A DNA stretch of 52,951 nucleotides from Chara braunii (GCA_003427395.1 BFEA01000034.1:3937668-3990618), one strand, 5' to 3'; shown: positions 13,502-26,551, counted from the stretch's first letter. The notes: generated by a model not told the origin, from the letters alone. A program made the numbers and translations.

Positions 13502-14019
13502 GTGGTTTGGTGCCCACAGGGAGCAGGAAACCAGCCATGTGTGTGTGAGCGCAAGGAGTGCAGTGGGCAGCTGCCCTCCCCTTGTCATCTTTTCTCTTGC
13601 ATACCCTCCCTCCTCCCTTCCTCCTTTTTCTCTTCTTCCTCATCAGGTTCACCCTTGTCCGGTCCTCCCCCTCCCGTGCCCACGGTTCCTCCACCTCCTG
13701 CTTCATCACTCGTCTCCTTCACCTTCGTTTCCCTCCTTGCTTTCTTTCCTTCCATGCCTTCGTGGTTTGGTGCCCACAGGGAGCCGGAAACCAGCCATGT
13801 GTGTGTGAGCGCAAGGAGCGCAGTGGGCAGCTGCCCTCCCCTTGTCATCTTTTCTCTTACATACCCTCCCTCCTACCCTTCCTCCTTTTTCTCTTCTTCG
13901 TCATCAGGTTCACCCTTGTCCGGTCCTCCCCCTCCCGTGCCCACGGTTCCTCCACCTCCTGCTTCATCACTTGTCTCCTTCACCTTCGTTTCCCTCCTTG
14001 CTTTCTTTCCTTCCATGCC
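13502..14019. repeat. Tandem duplication of a ~260-bp unit
   Basis: GTGGTTTGGTGCCCACAGGGAGC...CTTCCATGCC repeated twice nearly identically. Confidence 0.9.
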
Positions 14020-15194
14020 GTCCTTGCTATCCTCCCTGTTTACTGTCCACCCCATCTTCCTCTTCATCCATACCTACATCATCTTGTTTCTTTTTTTCAC
14101 TATTTGTCCTTTACTCTCCCACGACCTATTCCTTGTCCTCATCGTTGCCCCTTTTTTGCAGTTGATCATCCATCCCCCCATCATCATCTTCACGTCTTTC
14201 TCACCATCCTCCTTGCCTTCTTTGAGCGTTCTCCCTCTCCCCCCCTTGGCGTATTGCCAGTGTCCAGGCACATCAACACACTTAGTCCATCCCAATACAC
14301 ACACAAAACAACGTGTGTGAGCAAGACAGGAAGCAATAAGCAACTGTCCGCCCCTTTTCCTCCTTTCGCACATTTTCCTCCTTTCGTGTATACATCATCC
14401 TGCACTAAAACCTCTCCCTCCCACCATTCCTACGTCCTGTGCTTCTCCTCAGCGGCATCATTTTCGCTGCCTTACTTCCTTCTTCCTCCTCGCCTCCACA
14501 CTATTCCTCCTCGTCGTGCGCCAACTCTCATCTCACCATCCTCGCCGCCTATCCCTGTAGCCTCGTACTTCGCCTCCATGCCCTCCTCACTGTTCATCAC
14601 CCACACCACCTTCATCTCCATCCTCGTCCCGACAACCTTGCTCAACTTCACCTATATGCCCTTTCCAACCCCAACCCTCCTCCCCAAAAACATCCTCACC
14701 ACCGTCCTCCTCATCTACCTCCTCCCTGTTCATCACCCACACGACCTTCCCCTTCCTCTCCATCTTCGTCCCCATAACCTTGCTTAACTTTCATCTATTC
14801 GCCCTTTCCAACCCCAACGCTCCTCCCCCAGAACCTCCTCACCGCCGTCCTCTCATCTACATCGCTGTTGCTCTCCTAATCATCCTCCCCTTTCCCCGCA
14901 CCCCTCCCCCCTCATGGTATTCCGCCTCTTCCTGCTTGGTCCTTCCTGACCCCTCTTCCTCCAAGAGCTTTTTCCACTGGACCTCTTCGTTCAAACCGCA
15001 TTGTCTTCTGTGCCTCATCAAGCTTCCTCTCTCTTAGGGATATAGGGCAACCCTGCACACCAACGTCACCTCCATCCAACACGACATTGCAGCCTGCGAG
15101 GCCCGGAAGGATACAGAGGAAATGGAGAAGGTAGCAGGGCAAGGTACCAGCTTTCCTTTGGGTGGGCCTTTGGCTGCAGACATTTGAATTCTAG

Positions 15195-15258
15195 TCGGCT
15201 AACTCTGTGCCAGCAGCCGCGGTAAGACAGAGGATGCAAGCGTTATCTGGACTGATTG
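15195..15258 (+). pseudogene. Plastid-type 16S rRNA fragment (NUPT)
   Basis: GGCTAACTCTGTGCCAGCAGCCGCGGTAAGACAGAGGATGCAAGCGTTATC: universal 515 region with plastid-type flanks. Confidence 0.85.
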
Positions 15259-15605
15259 CGACTTATTGACCTTGCTCGCAAGTGTGCAACCGCTGTGAGA
15301 GAAAAGTCGTACACACTTTGCTTCAGTTATGTATGCTGGTTTTCTTTTTCCTTCCCGCTAAGGAAGTAGGAACACCCGTAACCTTCGGTTCAGTGAACGG
15401 GTTTCACGCTATTCGGGGAATTGTAAGCTAAAGGATGGAGTTTGGGCAAATCAATAAGACCATGAATACCCGCTGGTCCAACAGGGCGCGAGACAGCCGG
15501 TCATGGAAGGTTTTGGTTGTCAGAGCGGACCAGGCAAAGACTGTGCATGGCAATGCCTCAGCCAGGATGAGGAAGGAGGGGGCATGCCATTGCCTCCTGC
15601 CCATC

Positions 15606-15790
15606 AAGACTAGGACGCTGAAAAATTTCCGTTCTTGATTATCGAGAATGTCTGTGGCAAATGCTTTGGCTTAACTTCCTCATCCATATATCCAAGAATT
15701 TCACTTCTGACAACGGAGTACGAATGCCCCAACCGTGCATCCCGAAGATCAACGAAATAGAGGACCAGACTCGTATCGCGTTATTCCACG
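15606..15790 (-). pseudogene. Degenerate 18S rRNA fragment
   Basis: Reverse complement reads GGGGCATTCGTA..GTCAGAaGTGAAATTCTTGGAT..AAAGCATTTGCCA..AATCAAGAACG..CGTCCTAGTCT, matching the conserved SSU region after V4 with substitutions and deletions. Confidence 0.8.
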
Positions 15791-15848
15791 CGGATATGTT
15801 CCGCCAACCATTGTAATCAGCACGAAGGTTGAGTTATTTTCCCCCTTC

Positions 15849-15903
<55 letters not shown>

Positions 15904-16273
15904 ACAATAATTCTCACATTATCGGTGCATGATTCGTCATATGAGTAATTACATGATAGCTTACGCCTATGTTTGGCACTCCATCAATAAAGACCGATGG
16001 AAGTTATACACCAATTCCTGTGCTCAAGTCACTTCCATGTCACTGTCACAAATATCTTGGAGAAGGTCTAAAAGCCCTGAAAGCAGTTCCCATGTAATAG
16101 ACTAGTACAGTTCCGATAACTGTTGATAAACCAGACATGAGTTAAGACACAATTCAAATCCTGACGGAGACATCATGCTGGTAGAAGAAGTGGTCCATTA
16201 CTCTTGCGGGCAATGAAGAGGCGTATAATAGATGCACAAATAGACAAGTTTGGGAGTGTCATGGTACTCGTAC

Positions 16274-16361
16274 CTGGCCGCGCTCGTTTCGGTTTCGAGT
16301 TGGTTTTTGCCAACTCAACTCTGAGCTTCACGGATGGATTGCTAGGATCGAAAATGGTACC
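16274..16361 (-). CDS. RRM RNA-binding protein exon 3 (GTIFDPSNPSVKLRVELAKTNSKPKRARP)
   Basis: CAG acceptor and GTACGA donor; G..FDP....LR.ELAK.N is the C-terminal part of the RBPMS/MEC-8/Scw1-like RRM. Confidence 0.85.
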
Positions 16362-16744
16362 CTGGAGTAGAAGCACGACGAGCGAAACCTGTTTGTCAGA
16401 ACTTCGTCTGCAAACTATTTTGAGGAAATTGCATAACCTTGTTCACAAAGATACGCACAAAAACCTGCAGTGTATAAGAGGAGTTGTTATCTACATTGAG
16501 GTGTGCATTCCCTTCCTCTCTCCCCGTATCTGCTGTATGATCTGTTATACCCTCCTCATCCGATCACATTGTACCCTCATTATGAAGGTATACAAACTAG
16601 CTTTCCGGTCTTATACAGTCGTGATAAGGGTACGTTATCGTGTTCAGGGGAAGACTGTAAAGCAGATCGACATGCCAGGCCAACAGATGTGGATAATGGT
16701 GAGAAACAGGTCAGTAGCAATGATGGAACAGTTCAAAGAACTAA

Positions 16745-16863
16745 GGGTAAAGTCACTCTAGCACCATCTTAAATGTATCTGACCGCATTTACGCCTGCAC
16801 CTGGATGTATCAGGCGACAATTACGTCCAGAAATAAGTACAGAGTCTCAGTGTGAGTATGCCC
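16745..16863. mobile_element. PIF/Harbinger (Tourist-like) MITE, TSD TAA
   Basis: Ends GTGTGAGTATGCCC with degenerate left TIR; TAA on both sides; internal similarity to copy at 28270-28390. Confidence 0.7.
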
Positions 16864-17386
16864 TAAGCATTCTCACAAAAATAGTCGACTGGAAAGGAGT
16901 TGTACTTAAGATACCATTAGTAACCTTAATTTCACTGGAAAAAATAAACTTTTCTCAATCCAATACTGACTGGATTCATGTTTGATTTCCCAAACTCTTA
17001 TAAAAAAAACAGCAGTTATCGCGTGATGGTGTCCAGCAAGATACTTTCCCCATTGGATCCAGGGCCACCCGCTTTTTTTCATTTCGGGTCTGGCGTCAGG
17101 CCCAGGTGACGTCCACATGTAGTCGCTAATGTGGCGTGGCACAGAGAATTGTGACCGCACGCTGTCCAGTTTTGTCCTCTTCAGGTGCCATGCACGGTGT
17201 TCTGTTGTGCAAGGGACTCGGCCCATACAGGGCGACACATGACGCGTGGCGAGGCAGCGAAAAAAGAGCTGGAGCTCATGGGACACAACGTGCGGTGGAA
17301 CGGGAGGGGGTGCCTCTGTGGCCCACAGTGAACGTGCAAATGAGCCCGTGCAGTCTCCACATTGCTTTGGTTGCTTGATGATTGAA

Positions 17387-17423
<37 letters not shown>

Positions 17424-17562
17424 CCACCCACCCACCAACACACACATGCTCATTGAGCCCGGCCAGTGTGGTCTGCCCTGATCCACCACCGTTGACGCAA
17501 ACTCGCATTCACACTTTCCACATCGCTCTGTGTGGCTTCCCCAAAGCAACGGAGAGTGACCA

Positions 17563-17648
<86 letters not shown>

Positions 17649-17676
17649 NNNNNNNNNNNNACACACACACACACAG

Positions 17677-17708
<32 letters not shown>

Positions 17709-17846
17709 ACGCACACGCACACATGCACGCACATCGAGCCGGGGCAGTGCGGTCCACCCTGTTCCACCACCATTGACGCAAACTCACGTTCATGCTTTCT
17801 GCATCTCTCCATGTCGGTTCCATGAAGCAACGGAGAGTGACCAAAG

Positions 17847-17894
<48 letters not shown>

Positions 17895-18989
17895 AATAGG
17901 CGGTTGTACCGCGAATCCATCAGGCCTTTCTCTGTTGCAGCATTGATCAGTTGTGCTGTGACTAATGTGCATACACAATTGTGCTGCATCGATCAGCCTG
18001 GGTGGCCTCCCACTGCCTCGCTCTACTGCCGAGAATTGCGAGGGGACATTGTACCTATGTTGTCTCTTTCTTTCTCGCAGTGTGGATCGGCGTGGATTGA
18101 TAGCGTGATAGGTGACCACATGGGGAGTGAAGGGAGCAGGACGAAAAGGGGGAGAGGAACAACGTAGAAGAAGGGAGCAAGGAGGAAGTGGCAGAAGGAG
18201 GCGCCTCTGACAGAGGAGGGCGAGGAGGATAAGGCGGAGAAGAGGGAAGGACAAGGACGAGGTGGACCTTTTTTGGGGTTTCAGGGCATATTGGTCGTCT
18301 AGCGGGAGGAGGATGGACACATCAGGGGGAGAGGGCAGGAGGAGGAGCATGTGGTGCATGATGACGGGGCAGAGGGGGAAGTGGCGAATGAGAGCGTGAT
18401 GGCAGAACAGGAGGGGGAGGAGGAGGAGCAGGACGGAGAAGGGGTTGACGGAGAAGCGGGTGATGGAGGAGGAGGGGAAGGAGAAGAAGCAGATCGACGT
18501 TTTGAGAGGTGAATTTCTTTTTTGGGGGGTAAGGCGCGACTCGAAAGACCAGATAGGTGGTGGCAGAGGAGGGAATGCACTGGAACAAAAGGAGGGAATG
18601 CACTGGAACACAAGGAGGGGAGGAGGATGCTTGGGAGGACGGGGAAGAGGAGCAGGTGGTGGAGGATGACAAGGGGGAGGACGTGGCAGAGGACAAGGGG
18701 GTTGCTGAGGAGGGGACGGATATCCAAGATGAGGAGCGGGAAGGGGGGCAGGGTGGAACGTGAGGAGAGAGGAGAAGGAGGTGGTGGAGTGAGAGCGAGA
18801 GCAGCAGAACAAGATTGCAAAGCAGGAGAGGGTGCAGGAGGGATGGGGATGGCAGAGCTGGAGGGGGAGGACGAGAAGGAGGTGATGGAGCGGAAGGAGA
18901 AGGAGGAGGAAATTGATAATAGGGAGAACGACGACGATGTAGCAGAATACCCCCCCCCCCTCAAAATAGAAGTACGCTGCCACCCTGCA

Positions 18990-19033
<44 letters not shown>

Positions 19034-19986
19034 CAATTATACAAGCAATGCTTCAACAAGAGGGAACGGAGAGGTGCAATTATACAAGCAATGCTTCAAC
19101 AAGAGGGAACGGAGAGGGTGAGCAGCCCAAACTTCCTCCCTCTCATCGAAGCATTGCTCTCCATGCAATTAGGCGAGCAATTCTTCCACGACAGGGGAGC
19201 GGGACGGGGGAAGTAAGGGAGAGAGCAGGAGAGAGATCGTCGTATGTGAAGCCTTCGGAACCTCCCAAATGATAACGTTCCCACTTTTGTATCAAGGGGC
19301 CATGGGAGGTTGACTGTACAGGGCATGCACACATCCATGTCTGCACCAACTTGAAAACATGCATCCATCTGCCCAGTAGCGCCTATTGATTGTCTGACGG
19401 CAAGAACGTGGCGGAGGAGGAGGGGCAAGAGGAGACTGCAGTGGAGGACGAGGAGGCGGTGGAGGAGGGGGATGGGGGAGCAGCACATGTCCATCACATG
19501 TAGCCGCGCCGAGCATCTGCCTGTTATTGAAAAATAAAAGAAAATCACTTCACTCTTTTCTGAAGTCTTCAGTTTCATGGAAAAAAATTCTCCTTTCCAT
19601 CTTCTCTAAAGTTTCTTTGAGTTCAAAAATGTTTCTTTTCACTTCGACCTTGTCTGAATTTGTCTCAATCCATTGGGCCTGGCTTCCATTACGTTTAACT
19701 GCAAGGATCAGGCCTCTTTGGTGCCAGGTACACATGAACATGGCTACTTTTACGACTAGATTCGTGCTTCCTTTCTTGGGATAGGCATCGTACAAGTAGG
19801 GCCAGTCCCTTCGCCAAATGGTACACAACCTCACATGTCCACTCGTAACATGTAGATTGTGTTGAGTACTTCTTTGATGCAATGAAGGCAAAAGGTGGTC
19901 TCCATTCTTGCGGTAAAGGGAGAGGGGGGAAAGGGGGGAGGGGGAAAGGGGGCGGCCACAGAGAGAGAGAGAGTGAGGAGGTGGGA

Positions 19987-20019
<33 letters not shown>

Positions 20020-20131
20020 GAGAGGGAGAGAGAGAGTGGACCCTGTTCATGAACTTGGAATTGTCCCCATGAAAGATAAGATCTTTGCCATTGAAGTGAC
20101 GGGATCAACACGCCAAGGATCAAAAACTTAC

Positions 20132-20194
20132 ATTCAGACCATCCCTGGCCACCACCGCTGTTGCCTGATCGACAAACACTGCAAAACCAACAGG
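20132..20194 (-). CDS. RRM RNA-binding protein exon 2 (PVGFAVFVDQATAVVARDGLN; RNP1)
   Basis: CAG acceptor, GTAAGT donor, 63 nt phase 0/0 joining exons 1 and 3 into a complete RRM. Confidence 0.85.
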
Positions 20195-20395
20195 CTGGCA
20201 GGGAGACACAGGCAGAAAACAAAAAGCAAACGAATCACATACACACTCTCAGAGATGGACAAAGGCAGCAGCAAGAGCAGCAAGAAGTAAAGGCAGCAAT
20301 TGCAGTTTGTTAAGGATGTGTCGGTAATCAAGCTCCCACTAGAACCACACATTTTATTCATAGAAATGTAGACAGTGAACCACAACTCGTGTGAA

Positions 20396-20480
<85 letters not shown>

Positions 20481-21692
20481 GTGAGCCAGTTCCCCCCGTT
20501 GATTGGCCTCCACAGTCGGCGATATTTTCAGTTGAATCTGTACTACCTTCTTTGTGTACGCTTTAGCTTGGCCACAAAGTTGAAGCGTAAACAAAGAAGA
20601 AGGTAGCACACTACCCTCAAGCAACATGTAGGCGCAACAGCTACTCCCCTGGCTTGCTATGGTGAACAAAGCCCATCGGCAGTTACTCGAATGGCCATCC
20701 ATTTTTTACTTGGGTGCACTTAAATGACCCTGTGGGAGCAACATCTGACTCTATCCAACTGGAGGCATCCATGTTCACGAGTGGGTTCACAAGCAGAGCT
20801 TCGCTTGCTGACGTCCACGTTCAAGGAGAAAACGTTTAAACATACGTTTTTCAAAGAAAGAAAACCTAAACGCCAGCATGAGAGGAGAACCTAAACGCGC
20901 TTATCCACAACAACAAAGAGACAGAAAAGCACAACAATAAGAACCAAGTATTTCCTTGAAACACTAGAACGTTTTCTGGTGTTCCTTCTTCTCGGACGAT
21001 GGAATAGCACGATGGAAGCGTGCACGTTTTCTGGAGGTACGGTGTACGGGAAAGATTACTGTACGTCGACGAACGAACAGGCAGATAGCGGGAGAAATAT
21101 TAGGAAAATGCATTTTTTCTGAAGCTATGAGTACGGGAAAGGTGCTGGAAATCGGCGCGTGTATAGACTAAGAGCGGGAAAAATTTCTTTGTCCGGTAGT
21201 AGTAGATTTTGTCATTTTCTGTTTCGCCTGGATTTCACCTGGATGTACCCTCTGTTTGTTGTGGTTTGCTTTGGTTTGTATAGATCTCGAGTGGATTCTG
21301 GCTCTAAATCTCGTGATACTGAGCTCCGATCGCTGTAGATTGTGAAGGAACTCTGTCTTTCGTAGATTTGGTAGATACGGAAGATTAAGTAGGATCGATA
21401 CCTCCAGGTACGTAAAATGGACAAACCTTCTGGATGGCGCGCGTTCTTTCTGAGAAAGATCAGTCTTGCGCGGGTTCTGGCTGCACGAAGCGGCGGGAAA
21501 ACGGGGGAGCCTGCCAGCAGGTTGGACGGTGGCACCGTAGGAAACGCGCGAGAACTGGTTTTTATTTTATTTTATTTTATTATTTTTGTAGGAAAGCTCG
21601 GAAGTGAGAAACGCAGTAGGCTTGAGTGACGGCAGCAAGGAAGTTTCAAGTATAAGTACGCTAGTTCTTAGGCATCAAAGCATCTCGAACCA

Positions 21693-21738
21693 CCCCCTGA
21701 TGAGGTCGCTATCTGGCAGCGACCGAAACTAGTCGGGG
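21693..21738 (+). ncRNA. Minimal type I hammerhead ribozyme
   Basis: CCCC-CTGATGA-GGTCGCT(atctggc)AGCGACC-GAAA-CTAG-TC-GGGG: complete core, 7-bp stem II, palindromic ACTAGT stem III, GUC cleavage site at 21734, stem I CCCC/GGGG extendable by GCATC/GATGC. Confidence 0.85.
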
Positions 21739-22247
21739 ATGCCAGCGCCTCGGTCTGAGCGCCACTCTTTCTTTCGGTCGACGGAGGTGTCATAGCTGAA
21801 GCTATGGAGTCATAGCTGAAGCTGTGAAATGAGCTTCATGTCTGTCTTTCTTTAAACTCGGGTTTCGAGGTTGAGTTTCACATATGATCGCTGCGCATGT
21901 CGCGGCTATGTGTCTAGCGTTTGTTGGTCTTGACTGACTATGCTTTATCACCTTCTTCTCTCTAGAACTTTCCCAAGTACCGTGAGAAGAAGGAACACTA
22001 GACTTTCACAGCGGTAATGAAGAGCTGACCCATCTGTCACTCTACGTACCTTATCAGACGGGTAAAACAGGGCCATGAACGGTCAAATCCAGCCTTCACT
22101 TCAAAAATATGATTTCCACAAGGAAGAGGCGGCTGCTGAGGAGGGAGGGAGGAGGATAACCAGGCAAAGCTATTTAGGGATGAAGGACCTGTTTAGTCAT
22201 CCAGACCCTTTCCAGCTACCAATCAGGCCTTCACCAAAAAAAAAAAA

Positions 22248-22576
22248 NNNNNNNNNNNNNNNNNNNNNNNNNNNNNNNNNNNNNNNNNNNNNNNNNNNNN
22301 NNNNNNNNNNNNNNNNNNNNNNNNNNNNNNNNNNNNNNNNNNNNNNNNNNNNNNNNNNNNNNNNNNNNNNNNNNNNNNNNNNNNNNNNNNNNNNNNNNNN
22401 NNNNNNNNNNNNNNNNNNNNNNNNNNNNNNNNNNNNNNNNNNNNNNNNNNNNNNNNNNNNNNNNNNNNNNNNNNNNNNNNNNNNNNNNNNNNNNNNNNNN
22501 NNNNNNNNNNNNNNNNNNNNNNNNNNNNNNNNNNNNNNNNNNNNNNNNNNNNNNNNNNNNNNNNNNNNNNNNNNNN
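22248..22576. other. Assembly gap (N run) abutting an A-rich ~16-bp tandem repeat (A9-11CGGATT)
   Basis: Run of N; five A-tract/CGGATT units at 22577-22668. Confidence 0.95.
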
Positions 22577-23309
22577 TAAAAAAAAAACGGATTAAAAAAA
22601 AAACGGATTAAAAAAAAAAACGGATTAAAAAAAAACGGATTAAAAAAAAAAACGGATTAAAAAAAAAAGTTGGTGTGTTAATCTTGATGATCGACAAAGA
22701 AAAAGACTATACAAACTTCCCCTTCATTTGGTGCTCTCACAATCTGGTTCCACTAAGCTCTCTATCCATCCACATCAGTAGAAGAGCGCAATTCATTCAT
22801 AGAAGATACCATCACCTCCAATCATTCCAACGACTTGGCTAACGACGCATCTTTTTTTTTTTCAACTCAGCGCTAACCAATGTTGAGTTTTCATGGCAAA
22901 AAACATGGGTGCGGGCTTTTTTAAATAAAACCCTTTTTTTCAGACAGTCCTTTTACCAGCAAACCTATCACTCGTCACCTCTGACCCCTCTACGCATTTT
23001 AGGGTTTGCTTTAACTGAAGGAAGGGAAAAGAAAAAGAAAAAAGAAAAAAAACGTACGGTCAGCAGTTGTGAAGCAGCGAGGTTCAAACTCTTATTACAT
23101 GCATGCATGCATGCACGCAGCGGGCAAAAGGTGCAAAATTAAGTTCATTCCGTCAGCAACACTGGGTAAACCAGATCCCGATCCAGGCAGAGGGGCTCCT
23201 AACAGTCTGGATCTGGATCGTCCCATGCACACACACCTAATAATGTAGTGGATAAGAAAGAAAAAAAAGACCATCCATTGCCCGAATAACAAGTATATGA
23301 GTCACCTAC

Positions 23310-23492
23310 GTGTGGAGACCGCGAAGGCACTCGAATCTGGGAGCTCTCGTATCCGTCATACGGCCGAAAGAGTACGTAGAGTTCTCGATCCTTGACGTCC
23401 TGTGGCAAGCCGGAGACGAAGAGTGTCCTCACAGCTTCAACTCCATTTCCGTCTCCGTGGTCATCCGTCTCAGTCAAAACTAGCTCGCTCAT
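23310..23492 (-). CDS. RRM RNA-binding protein (RBPMS/MEC-8/Scw1-like) exon 1
   Basis: MSELV...[34 protein letters not shown]: RNP2 and helix of the RBPMS/couch-potato/MEC-8-type RRM; GTAGGT donor at 23309; start codon choice uncertain. Confidence 0.88.
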
Positions 23493-24797
23493 CTTTTTTT
23501 TGGGTACCGCCACCACCTCTTTGCCAATCACCCCCGCCGAGTCTGATGCCTGCCTGCGCTTTCACTTCTCAGCCTCCCCGGCCAACTCGTTACTGTGCGG
23601 ATCGCCTTCAACCACCATGGTCAGCACATAGCGTCGTTCCTGTGCTATGATACACCAAACAGTTTCCTACAGTAGATTAGAACAACAGATTGCATACGCA
23701 CATTTTCGTCATTTTTCACGATCTCGAAGGTGGTGACCACAAGAACACAGCACAAAAATTGCACAGGCAGCAGCAGAACGACCAGCAGAACGACAAGTTG
23801 TCATCACGTTGTTGGCTTTCACAACTCCGAGTAGAACGAACAGTCATTTTTTCGCTGCACCTACACTAGAAGTTTCCTAGTGTGGCTGATATATTGTCAC
23901 AAAGTTATCAGAGCGCAAAAGCGAAAAACAAAACAAAAGGATATGTATAAAATATAGGCTACCAGATGTCCAGGTACCCGGATATCAAGGCGGATGCCCG
24001 GTCCCGGGATCCGATCCTGGATGTCCGTGTTCTTTTTGTCTGGAAATCCCGGGCAGCTTTATTGTTAGAATTTAATAAAAATAAATAACACATTTTCGCT
24101 TCTGTTTGTTACCTTCATTTTTTTACGAACTTGGAATTGCCCCTCAGTCACAAGTTATTTGCTTTGTTTGTCTTTCGGGACACCCATTAAAACTCGAATG
24201 ATACCGAGAAGACTACCGTTTTCCCCCGAACACAACGCACCCTGCCTGATAAAGAATGTATACAAGCTATGTTTCCGGTCCCGTGCACCCAAAATGAGGG
24301 TGCGTTGTGTTCCGGGGGACGACGGTAGCATGCCCCTGGCGCAAGGATGAAACGCATAAACCGAGAAATAATTTTTAAAAAAGAAGTTACGTGCTTTGGA
24401 GTCCTCTACAAACACTTTTTTACCATATTCACACCCTCCCATCCCTCACNNNNNNNNNNNNNNNTCCCCCCCCACGGGTTTTAGGTTTAACCCCCCATCG
24501 TCTATTTGCGACGAGCTGCACAGCCCGTCATCCGGACGGATGTCCGGGTCCGGATCCAGGTATCCGACTGGCCATTCCCGACATGCACCGCAGAGGCAGA
24601 GCATTCTCTCCTACCGTCGTTGAACTGAAAAACCGGGCTACGTTACCCAGAGGGTGTAAGTAGAGAGGGGGGGAAAACCAACATAAAAAACAGCACAAAC
24701 AAAGAAAAAAATGCAAAGCTTCTAAATATCGCAAACACACAAAATGACATAAACGAATTCGGAGAAACACACACACTTCTGAATGCCGTCCAGAAAC

Positions 24798-25056
24798 CTA
24801 GGGGGCTACCAGAGTGGCCCGGGGCCACTTACACGGCCGGGCCAAAAAAAAAAACAAAAAAAAAACATGATATTTCATTTTAAATTTGGTAAAGAAATTC
24901 GATATGACCCTGAGGCAAACGTTGTTCAGTTTATTTTCCTCCATAAAATTGTTTTTTTTTCGGATTTTTTTGTTTTTTTTTGTTTTTTTTTGTTTTTGCG
25001 AGCACCTTCCCTGGTCCTTGCACGGCCGGGCCGTCCGGGAAACTAGGGTAGCCTAG
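24798..25056. mobile_element. hAT-like MITE (same family as 3859-4536), 8-bp TSD CCAGAAAC
   Basis: CTAGG(GGG)CTACCAG...GGTAGCCTAG termini, shared internal sequence, CCAGAAAC on both sides. Confidence 0.85.
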
Positions 25057-26211
25057 CCAGAAACCAGAAATCAAATGAACGATAAATGAAAAGCGCGGTA
25101 ACAAAAGGGTATAAGGCTGAGATCCCACGAGGATCCTAGCACATTGTTTCCCTTCCTTTCCTTTCTTGTGAAGAAGGTAAGTAGTCTCAGCCCCTAACAT
25201 TATATTCTATCCATCGGATTCTTCAGGGTTCGCACACGCATAAATTGAGAAATGGTCCAAATTTTTTAAATAAAAAAGAAGTGATAGATATACAATATGA
25301 TAATTATTATTACAACGATAATTATCATACATTTGATATTTATCATACTGTAATATGATCTATGATCTGTTCATCAACGCCATTACATGCATGCTTCAGT
25401 CATATGGGCCGAGCATCTATTGTCGTACCGCATTTACGTTTTATCAAGGCGAGAAGAGGCTGATATGGCAAAAGAAAGGTCGGATTCAAGACACTAAGGA
25501 GGATCCAAAGGAAGGAGAGGAGACAAGAGGAAAGGGGAGGAGAGGAGAGGAGAAAGGGATGGGGAGGAGGAGGAGGAGGAGAACTAGCAGGAGGAGGAAG
25601 AGAACAACAACGGGGGAGTCAAAGAATCGAAAGGCTGGAGAGGAGAGGAGAGGAGAAAGCAGGAAGGGATGGGAGAATCAGCCAGTATGGAATTGGGAGG
25701 AGGAGGAGGAGGAGGACAACGTGAAAGAGGGCGAAGAAAGAACGAGACAATGGAAGACAAAGAATGCAAAACAACGGTTTTGCTCTTTTCGGATCTGCAG
25801 AAGCAACAGGATCAGATTAACCTTCAAACGGAAAAGAGAAAAAAGAAAAACATCACAATAGCCATGGTGAGGAACGGGAACAGACAGATCAAGCATGAGA
25901 GAAACACAGACCCACCGGGAACGGTACACGTCTCTCTTTCCGCTGCACACACACACACTCTCTGTAGGAAGAAATCGAGATCGTGGTCCTTAGATAACGT
26001 GTCGGCCGGTTCACGATTGAAAGAACAAAAAAGACACAGACCAGCTCAACAGGCACACGTCTCTTTCCTCTCTCTACAAACACGTGGCTTGCTCCACATA
26101 CACTACGCAGATATGTTTTGCGAGAAGAGGGATGCAAATCAAACCTACAAGTATCGGGCCGAAAATCACGGTGCGCTCACGCTACCGGTAGGGCTTTTTT
26201 TCTGCTAAGCT

Positions 26212-26551
26212 CGGGACTTGATCGCGGTCACATTCATTCATCCGGTTCTGGCCGTACTTGCCGTCACACACATTTTCGACAGTGCAAGTGTAAGTATGCC
26301 CTCTCCAATCTGCAATATCATCGTATCGGGACTTGATCGCGGTCAATATTCATTCATCCGGTTCTGGCCGTACTTGCCGTCACACATTTTCGACGGTGCA
26401 AGTGTCAGTATGCCCTCTCCAATCTGCAATATCATCGTATCGGGACTTGATCGCGGTCATATTCATTCATCCGGTTCTGGCCGTAATTGCCGTCACACAT
26501 TTTCGACGGTGCAAGTGTCAGTATGCCCTCTCAAATCTCCAACATCATCGT
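26212..26551. repeat. Three tandem copies of a ~115-bp unit containing a Harbinger-MITE terminus (GTGTCAGTATGCCC)
   Basis: CGGGACTTGATCGCGGTCA...AGTATGCCCTCT...ATCATCGTA x3. Confidence 0.85.

Noticed and set aside
13502-15037. Long ORFs (272, 409 aa) on + strand
   Set aside because: Arise from pyrimidine-rich low-complexity sequence and a tandem duplication; no domain signal.
17790-19121. 400-aa and overlapping ORFs
   Set aside because: Purine-rich/microsatellite sequence lacking stops in several frames; no recognisable protein.
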